Below, piece after piece: positions 14,546 through 27,780 of a DNA stretch of 64,000 nucleotides. The position numbers and the translations under genes were made by a program. The stretch comes from Chrysomallon squamiferum (Eukaryota; Animalia; Mollusca). The notes below the pieces were generated by a model that was not told where the DNA came from, did not search any database, and was given only the letters and a program-made list of their open reading frames with translations. The stretch is from NCBI GenBank assembly GCA_012295275.1, contig CM022678.1:11780001-11844000 (forward strand), written 5' to 3'. Position 1 is the stretch's first letter; every line of letters begins with the position of its first letter.

Positions 14546-14707
14546 CCTTTTAAATGTGAAGTTTGTGCTAAATGTTTCTCACTACGTTTTCATGTAGAAC
14601 ATCATATGAGAATCCATACTGGAGAGAAACGTTTCAAATGTGAGGTTTGTTCAAAATGTTTCTCACGAGGAGATGTTCTAAAAGGTCACATGAAGACACG
14701 GTGGTGA
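14546..14707 (+). pseudogene. Truncated C2H2 zinc-finger fragment (2 fingers)
   Basis: [53 protein letters not shown]; paralog of 2579-2824. Confidence 0.85.
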
Positions 14708-16109
14708 GAAGCGTTTTAAATGTGGAGTTCATGTGAAATATTTCCAACAAGCTGGTATCTAGATTAGCACACGAAGTCCCATTTTTATGAGAAATGTTCG
14801 AGAAATGACTGTTGATAACTCAATATAAAAGTGATAATCTGTGAAATAAAGAAGAAAATGTAACCATCAAATGTCATATACTGTTTTGGAATAAACAACA
14901 TTGAGCACAAGTGAATTAAGAATATTAGTTTTGAGTAATTTGCTAGATAACAAATTTACTTCTACTATTAGCACTACTAATACTACTGTTGCTACTAATA
15001 TTACCACTGCTACTACTACAATATCACGACAGTAGACATTTGACGTCATCTGAACTTTGATCAGTTCATTGTTACTTTTATTACAGATTGTGTTAATTTC
15101 AGAAATAGCGTTTTCTTTACGTCTGGTTGTCTGTACATACATTCCAAAAATCTATGATTTGTATTTATAATTATGTACATTTAGAGGTATGTTTACATGG
15201 GAGTCTTTGAATGAAAATGAAGTTACATTTATCCTTATCTAGAAATAAGAAAGCTAAGTAATATTGACGCGTAGGTATATATAATCATATTTCTTTATTA
15301 TTATGTGCATGTAAAAACGTTGCTCAAGAACTGAAAGAGAATATTCTAATAGAATGCTTATGGTTAAACGTGTTACTAGATCACTTTTTTATGAATAAAA
15401 TAAAAATTGTGTGATCCTTTTTGTTAATCCTACTTGCAAAGAAATCTTCCCATTTACAGCCATTTCCATAATTCTAGTTGTTATGCCAACATGCATACTG
15501 AATACTGATACGAAATACAGTCAGTTAATATAATAACTTCAAAATCAATGAAATCCCAGTACATTGTTTTCTTATATTCCTTTAAGTAATTGGAATAAGT
15601 TGATACAAAAATCTTATCAGATGTGGAAATTGTAATCTGAAAAAACAGACTGATTCTTTATTCTGGTAATTCAACTTGATCGGAGAATAACTTCAGTGTT
15701 TTATTAATTACAGATGTATATACTTTTCTGAAACATCTAAGGAATGAAATCATTTTGGGTTTTTTTGTTTGTTGTTGTTTTTTATGAAACTATAAAAGAA
15801 ATGTTGATCGTAAATGCTTTTTATTTTGACTTTGATCTGAAACATCTAAGCAATGAAATCATTTTTTTTTTTTTTTTTTTTTTTTTTATAAAACTAAAAG
15901 AAATGTTGATCGTAAATGCTTTTTATTTTGACTTTGATCATATTTATATTTATGAACACATTATATACAACATTAGTTTTTTTAAAAAAAAGTACTTATT
16001 TTCATTTATTAAACTGGACACGGACTTAAAAAGAGAAATGTACACACAAATGTTGGAATGGAAACCTGAGTTCAAATAGATAAGAAGGCATGTTAAGATT
16101 CAAATTTTA

Positions 16110-16218
16110 GAGGAACCTTTTAAATGTTGAAAATGTTGAAAAGTTTTTATCTGTGAAATGAGATGAAAGTCCACATTCGTGAGAGACCTGTTAAATCTGA
16201 AGTTTGTGCAAAATGTCA
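16110..16218 (+). pseudogene. Highly decayed zinc-finger relic
   Basis: GAGGAACCTTTTAAATGT...ATGAAAGTCCACATTCGTGAGAGACCTGTTAAATCTGAAGTTTGTGCAAAATGT (EEPFKC...MKVHIRERPVKSEVCAKC). Confidence 0.7.
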
Positions 16219-16489
16219 GCTGAAATTCGATTTTGGTGATAAACGTCCAAAAAAGATTGATGACATTTGAATATAGAAGTTATAATTTGTCAAATAAAAG
16301 AGAAAAGAAATGAAAACTCTTTTCAGTGTTTTTATTCTTTAATTTTAACTAAAGTTTTATTACTGCTACACCCGAAGTGCTGAGACCACCTTCATTATTT
16401 TCAAATACTGTTAGTAATTACTACCACTACAAATACCAACTACTACTAACTACTATTAGGACTACAAATATTACTATCACTAAAATTAC

Positions 16490-17595
16490 TGACTACTACT
16501 TTCATTTTAAATACTGCTAGTAACAACTACCAGTACAAATACTAACTACTACTTTCATTTCAAATGCTGCTAGTAACAACTACCACTACAAATACTAACT
16601 ACTACTTTCATTTGAAATACTGCTAGTAACAACTACCACTACAAATACTAACTACTACTTTCATTTCAAATGCTGCTAGTAACAACTATCACTAACACTA
16701 CAAATACTAACTACTACTTTCATTTCAAATGCTGCTAGTAACAACTACCACTACAAATACTAACTACTACTTTCATTTGAAATACTGCTAGTAACAACTA
16801 CCACTAGCACTACAAATACTAACTACTACTTTCATTTCAAATACTGCTAGTAACAACTAACACTACAAATACTAACTACTACTTTCATTTGAAATACTGC
16901 TAGTAACAACTACCACTAGCACTACAAATACTAACTACTACTTTCATTTCAAATACTGCTAGTAACAACTAACACTACAAATACTAACTACTACTTTCAT
17001 TTGAAATACTGCTAGTAACAACTACCACTAGCACTACAAATACTAACTACTACTTTCATTTCAAATACTGCTAGTAACAACTACCACTACAAATACTAAC
17101 TACTACTTTCATTTGAAATACTGCTAGTAACAACTACCACTAGCACTACAAATACTAACTACTACTTTCATTTCAAATACTGCTAGTAACAACTAACACT
17201 ACAAATACTAACTACTACTTTCATTTCAAATGCTAGTAACAACTACCACTACAAATACTAACTACTACTTTCATTTCAAATACTGCTAGTAACAACTACC
17301 ACTAGCACTACAAATACTAACTACTACTTTCATTTCAAATGCTGCTAGTAACAACTACCACTAGCACTACAAATACTAACTACTACTTTCATTTCAAATA
17401 CTGCTAGTAACAACTACCAGTAACACTACAAATACTTTTCATTTCAAATACTGCTAGTAACAACTATCACTAACACTACAAATACTAACTACTACTTTCA
17501 TTTGAAATACTGCTAGTAACAACTAACACTACAAATACTAACTACTACTTTCATTTGAAATACTGCTAGTAACAACTAACACTACAAATACTACA
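16490..17595. repeat. Minisatellite, 53/59-bp units
   Basis: TTCATTT(C/G)AAATACTGCTAGTAACAACTACCACT(AGCACT)ACAAATACTAACTACTACT, about 20 copies. Confidence 0.95.
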
Positions 17596-18523
17596 AATTC
17601 TAACTTCTATCACTACAAGTACTTGCTACTGTTATTGTTACAACTACAAATACCTGTAGTAACTTCTACAAAAACTGATACTAAATACTACTAACATTAG
17701 AAATACAGTTAGTTACTACTATCACTACAAATACTCTTACTCATACTGCTAGTGACTACTGCAAGTACTGGTAATAGCTACTCTCATTGCTATTTTATTA
17801 ATTATATTAAAATACAAATACTGGTAGCAAAGACTACCATTACCCACACTTTGCTGTTAACTCTACCAAAAAACAAAACAAACAAACAATCAAATACTGG
17901 TAGCTCTGTTACCTACACTGGTAGTAACTATTACCACTATACGTACTGGTATTCACTATACTATTAGAACTACAAATACTTCTATTAAATATTTTAAGTA
18001 AAAAATACAACTATTAAAATTATATATGCTGCTATTAACTATACTATTAAAGCTACATATACTGCTATTATATACCGCTATTAAATACTATTAAAACTAA
18101 AAATACTGCTATTTTACTACTATTCAAATACAAATACTTGTATAACCACTACTATATATATATATGTTGCTGTTACTAAAGTATTAAACTAAAAAGACTG
18201 CTATTAATTACTGTTAAAAGTACAAACAGAGTTACTGACTGCCACTGATACTACTACTACTACTACCACAAAAATACTAACTACTACAACTGTGTTACAA
18301 TTAAAACTATTGCTGTTACTACTAATTATAATTTATTATCAGATCCACTTTTGTTTCACATCTAGATATTCATTACTTAACATGTTGAACAAAAAAAGGT
18401 TGAAAAAGCAGTAAAAGAAAGATGGAAGAAAAAGACAACAAGGCAAAAAGAAGAAACAAGTTGAAGAAAAAAAACCTGCAAATCAAAGAAATAAATATTG
18501 AAGTAATGAATAAATAAAAATGT

Positions 18524-18556
<33 letters not shown>

Positions 18557-20525
18557 AAAATTAAAAAATAAATAAATAAAATAAAATAATAATAATATTA
18601 AAAACTTGATGTTATTTATCATGACAATGGAAATAGTAATTAGATAATGAAGAAGGATATAAACAACAAATCAGTCAGTGGATGTAATACAGTACTTGTG
18701 TTATCCTTGCTATTTAAAGTGTTTTAATCAAGACATAAATGTTGTTTAAGGTTTTGGTAATTACACAACTTAGTCTCAACACTTACAGTAGCAGATTACA
18801 GTACAGTAAAAAAACTACTTGATTGAGAAAAATCAGAATAAACTAAACTATGCACATCAAAGTAATTTTCAGACCTGTGTTTTGAGTCTCTGGTTAGTCA
18901 GGACAAAAAGTTTATATCTCGAAGTACCGCACCAACTTCATAACTGGGAATTCAAAAAGTGTTTTTTATAGTAGCACAAGACATTATTTAGTACAGAACA
19001 GTGGCTATCAGTGATAGTTTGTGAAAATAGAGAGTTTTGTCGCGGAATTCAGGTTGCAGGACAGATTTGCGACATCCGCCTGTTTATTTCTATGTTATGG
19101 AATTCAAATTGCGTAACTAATTTTTAGTTCAATCACGTCCACACTTTTTATTTTTGACCGCCAATTTGTGAACTCCATGGCGTTGTTTTAAAAGATCCGG
19201 CGCTTGTTAATTAAGCAGAGAAGGAAAAGGCCAACACGAGAGCTCAATCAGGCGGGGAACTGATGTTTTTGAATGACATTTTCTTTACGAACGAGTATGG
19301 TAAAAAATGGTCTATTCTTATTTTATAAGCTGTAATGTGCAATTAACCTGTGTTTTTGACATTTAATATATCTAAAATTTTAAATGTTTAATCTGTCCTT
19401 CCTGCAGATTCTTGTTTTGTCTTGGTTCTCCGAAATATCTTACTCGTATCTTGAATCAAAATTACTTAAATGTATGTTTTATGATTGTAGTAGTCTATTA
19501 TTATCACGTCAACTGTATATCATAATTAAATAATTAACTTGTACCTTAACTGGTGTTGTGTTTATTTCTCTAGTGGATAGATAGAATTATGGATTGCTGT
19601 CAATTTAGCATTTATATTCCCTGTTGGGTGGCCATTAAAGCACCTTTTTACCCTAGATTGAGATTTAATAAAACATACAAGATGTTAAAGGTGTGGGCCC
19701 CCTGACATGTTTATTTAAAAAGTTAGTTTTTAGTTGAATTTTGAACTGTTACTGCACTTTTAAACTGACGTAATGTTCAAGCATTTTGGTATTGGTAATT
19801 TTAACAGATAATGGTATAATTTAAATTCATAGTTCAGCATTCATAATATTGCTTTAACAGCATATTTTACATCAGTATATGTTACATAAGTCTAATATAC
19901 TGTTCATAAAAGTTAACCAAAACATATATTACATTGTTATTATTATTATTATTAGTAGTAGTAGTAGTAGTAGTGGTTTTATTTTTGTTATACTAAATTA
20001 TTAACAGTATGATATAACATGTAGTAAATCTACTATTACGTATTCATCAATTTCAAACTCTTCTTTTAAAACTTTCTTGCATGAGTCATTGTATGTCAAA
20101 GTCTGTGAAGTCTGCTTTTCTGTTTGTGAGAAGGTGCAGGTAAGAGAACGTTAGCCGCTAATAGTAAGAAACTGGTCAACTGGACAGAGGTCACGTGGTT
20201 CTGCTAACTTTGTGATTAGCTATCAAACTTGCAAATGACGTTGTTCAACATTTAGTAGAGTATATCGATAAATAAAGCAAGTTTTTCTTTCTAGACGAGA
20301 GTTAGCACGTCAGTAGCAAGCGCCTGTCTGAAGCAGCTCGTGATGCAGTTGTCTCCGGCCACGTAGTCTTCCACGTACAGAGCGTTCAGCTCTGACCTTA
20401 TTATAGTGTACACTGACGTTAACAGATTTGTTCTATGACGATGTTAAATGAAGTGGATAGTTGAAATCTGAAGACGGAATCTGGGAGTTACGTCCCCTGA
20501 ACTTTTTAGTTTTTAGATATTTTAA

Positions 20526-20604
<79 letters not shown>

Positions 20605-20723
20605 TTTAATTAATAACTTGAAATGATTGCTTCTCTATTTTACTTTTATTGGTTTTCCTTTTTCTTTGTTTCGCTCTTTGTTCGTTTCCTTCTTTTCAAA
20701 ATTTTGAAATCTCGCACGTGTTG

Positions 20724-21203
20724 ATAGCTAGTTTCATACAGTGGAGATAGTTTGTTTCCTACAATGGAGATAGTTTGTTTCCTACAATGGAGATAGCTTG
20801 TTTCATACAGTGGAGATATCTAGGTTTCATACAGTGGAGATAGCTTGTTTCATACAGTGGAGATAGCTAGTTTCATACAGTGGAGATAGCTAGTTTCATA
20901 CAGTGGAGATAGCTTGTTTCATACAGTGGAGATAGCTAGTTTCATACAGTGGAGATAGCTAGTTTCATACAGTGGAGATAGCTAGTTTCATACAGTGGAG
21001 ATAGCTTGTTTCATACAGTGGAGATAGCTAGTTTCATACAGTGGAGATAGCTTGTTTCATACAGTGGAGATAGCTAGTTTCAAGGAGTGGAGATAGCTTG
21101 TTTCGTACACTGGAGATAGCTTGTTTCATACAATGGAGATAGCTTGTTTCATACAGTGGAGATAGCTTGTTTCAAACAGTGGAGATAGCTTGTTTCATAC
21201 AGT
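20724..21203. repeat. 23-bp minisatellite
   Basis: GTTTCATACAGTGGAGATAGCT(A/T), about 20 copies. Confidence 0.95.
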
Positions 21204-21209
21204 ACTGTT

Positions 21210-21529
21210 TCATACTAAAATAGTTCATACGAATCTTGTACTAAAATACTTTATATAATTCTTATACTAAAATACTTCATACGATTCTTATACTAAAATA
21301 CTTTATATAATTCTTATACTAAAATACTTCATACAATTCTTATACTAAAGCACTCCATACAATTCTTATACTAAAATACTTTATACGATTCTTATACTAA
21401 AATACTTTATACAATTCTTATAATGAAGTACTTCATACGAATCTCATACACTTCACACAAATCGTATGTCTAAAATACTTCATACAATTCTTGTACTAAA
21501 GTACGTCATACATCATACAAAACTTATAC
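21210..21529. repeat. 26-bp minisatellite
   Basis: CTAAAATACTT(C/T)ATAC(A/G)ATTCTTATA, about 10-12 copies decaying to the right. Confidence 0.9.
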
Positions 21530-21715
21530 CGGAAATGATTCTCACCAGTTGGTGTTCTAATGAGAGATTTCAAATAATATTTTTGTAGAAAACTGACATT
21601 TGAAAAGTTTCTCACAAATATAATTTCTCGTTTTAACTTTCAGACTGTATCTACGTTAGAAACATTTTGTACAAAACACACATTTCAACGATTTGTCACC
21701 AGTTTGAATTCACAT
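21530..21715 (-). pseudogene. Decayed C2H2 zinc-finger relic on minus strand
   Basis: Minus-strand translation IQTGDKSLKCVFCTKCF*RRYSLKVKTRNYICEKLFKCQFSTK...TGENHFR keeps the 28-aa finger period. Confidence 0.75.
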
Positions 21716-21978
21716 GTAGAAAGCCATTTCATACAAATGTGAGGCACAAAGATTGATTTTAATGAATTACATAAATAAACTTCATTTAAAGTTAAACATC
21801 GCCTTTTTCTTGTATCAGATTCTCGTGAAACAATGAATATGGGATCAGGACAAGGGAGATAACTTGTGCATTACTCTATTTCTACTTCATACAAGTTAAC
21901 TAGAATTTATTTTAAGAATAATAATACTAAAGAGATAAGTTGATGACGAAAATGATGAGTTAATGACAGTGTTGACAC

Positions 21979-22009
<31 letters not shown>

Positions 22010-22182
22010 GAGGAAGAATAACGGTAATAAAATGATGATGATGATGACGTTTTTCAAATCAGTTTCTCTTAATTAAAAACAAAGACAAATTAATTCAGAA
22101 CTCGATTTTTTTTATTAATACCAATGATAAGAAAATAGCAAAAATAACAACATCATATTAACGAAACAAATGTATTTCAAAA

Positions 22183-22279
<97 letters not shown>

Positions 22280-23012
22280 TTGTTGTTGTTGTTGTTGTTA
22301 ACATATGAAACAAAGAACCGAAACAAACATGAGATACAAATTAGAGGAGAAAAATACAAAACAACCTCAACAAAGAACTTTATAAAAAAGTACATGAAAA
22401 TAAACTTAGTGTACAGAGGTCTGCGGGATCAAACAGCTGAAGTGGATAATAATTTAAAAAATGATTTCTATGAAGATTGTGCGTCAAAATTTGACAACGT
22501 TTTGTTTATGTTTTAACAAACGTCTGGTTTTTACTCAGCTTCCATTTTCATCTATCAACTTAGAAATACTTTAATTTGAGATTTATAAGATATTAAAATT
22601 GTTTGTTTGTATTAAAGAGAAAACAAAATGATCTACATAAATAAATAAGTACGTAAACAAACAAACAAACATATAATAAATAAATAAATAAATAAATAAA
22701 ATTCAGTCTCCTGAATGTTCTTAGGGTTTCTTCCGTGTATTTTCGGATATTTTCGGAAATTATTTTGTTTGACATTTCCGTTTATGTTTATCAAAAAGTG
22801 AACAAAATCGTTTGTACTGACATAGTACAAAAATAAAAATCTAACTGGTTGTTATATTATAAAAGTATTGAGGTGGAGTTTATTGTTGTAGTTGTTAATA
22901 ATTTCATTTATTTATTTGTCTTTCTTCAATTTGTACTCGTGTTATGTTTATTATGCGCATCAGGTTCATAACTGAATACAAATTAAATACAAAACTTAAG
23001 TGATCGTAATTA

Positions 23013-23089
<77 letters not shown>

Positions 23090-24087
23090 ATTAAATAAAT
23101 AACTATAATTGTCTTTCACTATCACCATATTAATCTGGTCGTGTCTAATTAATAAAAGAATAGATAGAAAAGAAAAAGAAAAAAAAAAGAAAGAAAGAGG
23201 GAAAATGGACAAACCGAAGAAGCAAAGAAAAATTGAAGAAAGAATAAAAGATGTTCCAAGGAATGAAAGAAAAAGTTGATGTAAAGAAGACAGAATGAAT
23301 GAAGAACAGAACTAAGGAAGAAAATGAAAAGAAGGATGAAAGCTTGGAATGTAAGAAGAAACAAATAAAAAAAAATTATTTAAAATTATATAAATTTCCC
23401 AAATTACACATTTTGAACAATGTTAACATGTAAAATGTTATGTCTAACACAGGTAAATAACAAATCTGAAATCTGCATTCTTTTTTAAATCTTCCTACTG
23501 AAGATCCATATTTACTTGATGGCATCTATTAATAAAATTGTTAAACGAGGAACCATTAAAATAATAATAATAATATTAAATAAATAGAGAATGAAACAAG
23601 AAGAAAATCTAAAATGTAGAAATACATCATTTGAAATGCCAGATGTAAAAAAGAAAATGAGAAGAAAACTTACGAACAGTATAATTTTAAAAAGACAAAT
23701 CACACACACACACAGATACAAATATATTCACTGGATGAATTGGGTGAGTTACACATAGTTTTATATATATATATACATATAATTCACTCAGTTCATCCAA
23801 TGAATATTATGAAAGCAATGACCAAGCTAAGAAAAATGTTTTTAAAAAACTGCATAAAAGAAAGAGTCACACAAATAAGTGTGTAATTATGAAATAAATA
23901 ATCGTGAAACAATATGGGAAAAATAAACTGTGGCTGGAGATCAGTGACATTTCCGGTTTGATGATGATGGGTAAAAGAGATTTGAGTTGAACATAATGAA
24001 AACTTTCAGTTACCTGTTATTACTAGATGGCAGAATGGGCGATTACAAATAACGTTTAGCAAGAAAATATGTATGTATATATTTATA

Positions 24088-24118
<31 letters not shown>

Positions 24119-24391
24119 CACAGAAGTTAATACGAGCACATTTAGTCAAATTTACGATGTATCTTTTTATCTAACTGCTTCCATTCTTAAACAAACGCAG
24201 TAAAAGGAACAAACTTTGTAACATGATTAGTTTTACTTAATTCATTTAATAATGTTCTTCTTCTAATGTTAAAATTTGCACCGTTAGTAAGATCAGCAGA
24301 GGTGTTAACCGCCGGTTCATGCAGAAACTTGCAGGAAGAATATACTGAAGGCACAGCGGAAGTTGTAAGTCACACATGCGCACTTGTACGT

Positions 24392-24444
24392 TTAGGCGGA
24401 AGACTTATTTTGCTTCGGTCCTGAAATCCACATTCGTATAAATT
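24392..24444 (-). CDS. Calmodulin-like EF-hand protein, last coding exon
   Basis: Acceptor TTTTCAG|AA; completes ...INYE-E-FIRMWISGPKQNKSSA* in phase with the donor at 26710. Confidence 0.88.
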
Positions 24445-24451
24445 CTGAAAA

Positions 24452-24482
<31 letters not shown>

Positions 24483-24814
24483 AATAATGTAAAATGAAAT
24501 GAAATGAAATGAAATAAAATAAAATAGTATAATAATAGTAATACATGCGATAGTAATAGTATTGTGGTAGTAACAGTAGTAATAATAATTGTATACTGAT
24601 AGTATCGTGACTAATTACATGATGAAGGTAATATTATAGTGAAAGTAATAGTTAAGTGATAGTAATAGTAGGGAAATAACAGTAACAATAGTAATAGTAT
24701 AACGATAGTAATCGACTTGGTAGTAGTGACAGTAATTGTATACTGAGAGTAATAGCATAGTGACGACAATATTTGCAAAATTGATAATAGTGATAATCAT
24801 TTCAGTTATATAGT

Positions 24815-26617
24815 AGTATTAGCAGTGTATTGGCACTAGTACTAGCAGTGTATTAACACTAGTACTAGCAGTGTATTGACACTAGTAATAGCAGTGTGTT
24901 GACACTAGTACTAGCAGTGTAGTGACACTAGTACTAGCAGTGTATTGACACTAGTACTAGCAGTGTATTGACACTAGTACTAGCAGTGTGTTGACACTAG
25001 TACTAAGAGTGTATTGACACTAGTACTAGCAGTATATTGACTATAATACTAGCAGTGTATTGACACTAGTATTAGCAGTGTATTGACTCTCATATTAGCA
25101 GTGTATTGACACTAGTATTAGCAGTGTATTGACTCTCATATTAGCAGTGTATTGGCACTAGTACTAGCAGCGTATTGACACTAGTACTAGCAACGTATTG
25201 ACACTAGTACTAGCAGTGTATTGACACTAGTACTAGCAGTGTATTGACACTAGTACTAAGAGTGTATTGACACTAGTACTAAGAGTGTATTGACTATAAT
25301 ACTAGCAGTGTATTGACACTAGTATTAGCAGTGTATTGACTCTCATATTAGCAGCGTATTGGCACTAGTACTAGCAGCGTATTGACACTAGTACTAGCAG
25401 CGTATTGACACTAGTACTAGCAGCGTATTGACACTAGTAATAGCAGCGTATTGACACTAGTATTAGCAGCGTATTGACACTAGTACTAGCAGCGTATTGA
25501 CACTAGTACTAGCAGTGTATTGACACTAGTACTAGCAGCGTATTGACACTAGTACTAGCAGTGTATTGACACTAGTACTAGCAGTGTATTGACACTAGTA
25601 CTAGCAGCGTATTGACACTAGTACTAGCAGCGTATTGACACTAGTACTAGCAGTATATTGACTATAATACTAGCAGTGTATTGACACTAGTATTAGCAGT
25701 GTATTGACTCTAGTATTAGCAGTGTATTGACACTAGTACTAGCAGCGTATTGACACTAGTACTAGCAGCGTATTGACACTAGTAATACTAGCAGCGTATT
25801 GACACTAATACTAGCAGTGTATTGACACTAGTACTAGCAGCGTATTGACACTAGTACTAGCAGTGTATTGACACTAGTACTAGCAGTGTATTGACACTAG
25901 TACTAGCAGTGTGTTGACACTAGTACAAAGAGCGTATTGACACTAGTACTAGCAGTATATTGACTATAATACTAGCAGTGTATTGACACTAGTATTAGCA
26001 GTGTATTGACTCTCATATTAGCAGTGTATTGGCACTAGTACTAGCAGCGTATTGACACTAGTACTAGCAGCGTATTGACTATAATACTAGCAGCGTATTG
26101 ACTATAATACTAGCAGCGTATTGACACTAGTACTAGCAGCGTATTGACTCTAATACTAGCAGCGTATTGACTCTAATACTAGCAGCGTATTTAGCAGCGT
26201 ATTGACTATAATATTGACACTAGTACTAGCAGCGTATTGACACTAGTACTAGCAGCGTATTGACACTAGTACTAGCAGCGTATTGACACTAGTACTAGCA
26301 GCGTATTGACACTAGTACTAGCAGCGTATTGACACTAGTACTAGCAGCGTATTGACACTAGTACTAGCAGCGTATTGACGCTAGCAGCGTGTTGACACTA
26401 GTACTAGCAGCGTGTTGACACTAGTACTAGCAGCGTATTGACACTAGTACTAGCAGTGTGTTGACACTAGTACTAGCAGTGTGTTGGCACTAGTACTAGC
26501 AGCGTGTTGGCACTAGTACTAGCAGTGTGTTGACACTAGTACTAGCAGCGTATTGACACTAGTACTAGCAGCGTATTGACACTAGTACTAGCAGTGTGTT
26601 GACACTAGTACTAGCAG
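24815..26617. repeat. 23-bp palindrome-containing minisatellite (intronic)
   Basis: GACACTAGTACTAGCAG(T/C)GTATT, roughly 75-80 copies, each with the 10-bp palindrome CTAGTACTAG. Confidence 0.97.
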
Positions 26618-26709
26618 CTCTTGTAGTAGTACTTGACTCTGGTGTTGATGTAACTGATGTTTCTGTTGTTGTTTGTTTTTGTTTGTTTGTTTTGTTTTTG
26701 TTTTTTTAC

Positions 26710-26964
26710 CTTCATAGTTAATATTTCCGTCCTGGTCAACCTCTACACCAGCCATCATGTCCGTCAGTTCCTGGTCTGTGAGCGGCTCACCCAGACCCTT
26801 CATGGCGTTGCGTAGCTGCTGCGAGTCGATGAAGCCGTTGCCGTGGGTGTCGAAGACGCGGAAAGCCGTCCTCACGGCCACTTCCTGGTTGGCGGGATCC
26901 TCCGCCTTCTTCAGTTCTTCTTGCATAAAATTGTAAAACTCCCTGTACTCGATCTTCCCCGTGC
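26710..26964 (-). CDS. Calmodulin-like EF-hand protein, exon for end of EF2, linker, EF3 and EF4
   Basis: TTGCAG|GC...GAAG|GTAAAA, 255 nt, phase 1-1; (G)TGKIEYREFYNFMQEELKKAEDPANQEVAVRTAFRVFDTHGNGFIDSQQLRNAMKGLGEPLTDQELTDMMAGVEVDQDGNINYE. Confidence 0.93.
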
Positions 26965-26986
26965 CTGCAATCACAGCCTCAGTCAG

Positions 26987-27240
26987 TATGGGTGAGTGTA
27001 TGGGTGAATGTATGGGTGAATGTATGGGTGAATGTATGAGTGAATGTATGAGTGAATGTATGGGTGAAAGTTTGATGGGTGAATGTATGGGTGAATGTAT
27101 GGGTGAAAGTTTGATGGGTGAATGTATGGGTGAATGTATGGGTGAGTGTATGAGTGAATGTATGGGTGAATGTATGATGGGTGAATGTTTGGGTGAATGT
27201 ATGGGTGAATGTATGGGTGAATGTATGGGTGAATTTATGG
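26987..27240. repeat. 12-bp tandem repeat (intronic)
   Basis: (ATGGGTGAATGT)n, about 20 copies. Confidence 0.93.
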
Positions 27241-27438
27241 ATGGATGGAGTTACTGATGAATGGAAGGATGGATGAATAGGATGACAACTGGCGAAGTAA
27301 ACAGGAAAGATTCGATGATGATAACGAATTTACATGGACACGCAAATAAAAAAAAAAAAAAAAAAAAATACACTGGTTTAGAGCCCAGTGTACCGCGGTG
27401 TAGCACAGTGTGACTGGTAGACAGTCGTTTGTTTTTAC

Positions 27439-27582
27439 CTTCCGTGTCGAGGCTCATCACAATATCCTCGATGTCGTGATCCGAAACCGGAAGTCCCATA
27501 CAGTTGAGCGCCTTGCCGATCTCATTACTGGAAATCGTGTTGTCGTGATTTTTGTCAAATATCCGAAACAACTCCCTTATTT
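27439..27582 (-). CDS. Calmodulin-like EF-hand protein, EF1/EF2 exon
   Basis: TTACAG|AA...GAAG|GTAAAA, 144 nt, phase 1-1 (size of calmodulin exon 3); EIRELFRIFDKNHDNTISSNEIGKALNCMGLPVSDHDIEDIVMSLDTE. Confidence 0.93.
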
Positions 27583-27683
27583 CTGTAACAACAACAAACA
27601 ATAACAATAATAATAGTAATAATAATAATAATAGTAATAATAATAATAATAACAATAATAGTAACAATAATAATAATAATAAC

Positions 27684-27733
<50 letters not shown>

Positions 27734-27747
27734 TAATAATAATAATA

Positions 27748-27780
<33 letters not shown>

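Noticed and set aside
24815-26617. CRISPR-like array of palindromic short repeats
   Set aside because: Units are head-to-tail with no unique spacers, there are no cas genes, and the context is a eukaryotic intron. The same applies to the arrays at 20724 and 45598.
26961-27257. MGEC-repeat ORF resembling a Cys/Met-rich metal-binding protein
   Set aside because: A 12-bp tandem repeat antisense within a calmodulin-like intron; no independent coding evidence.
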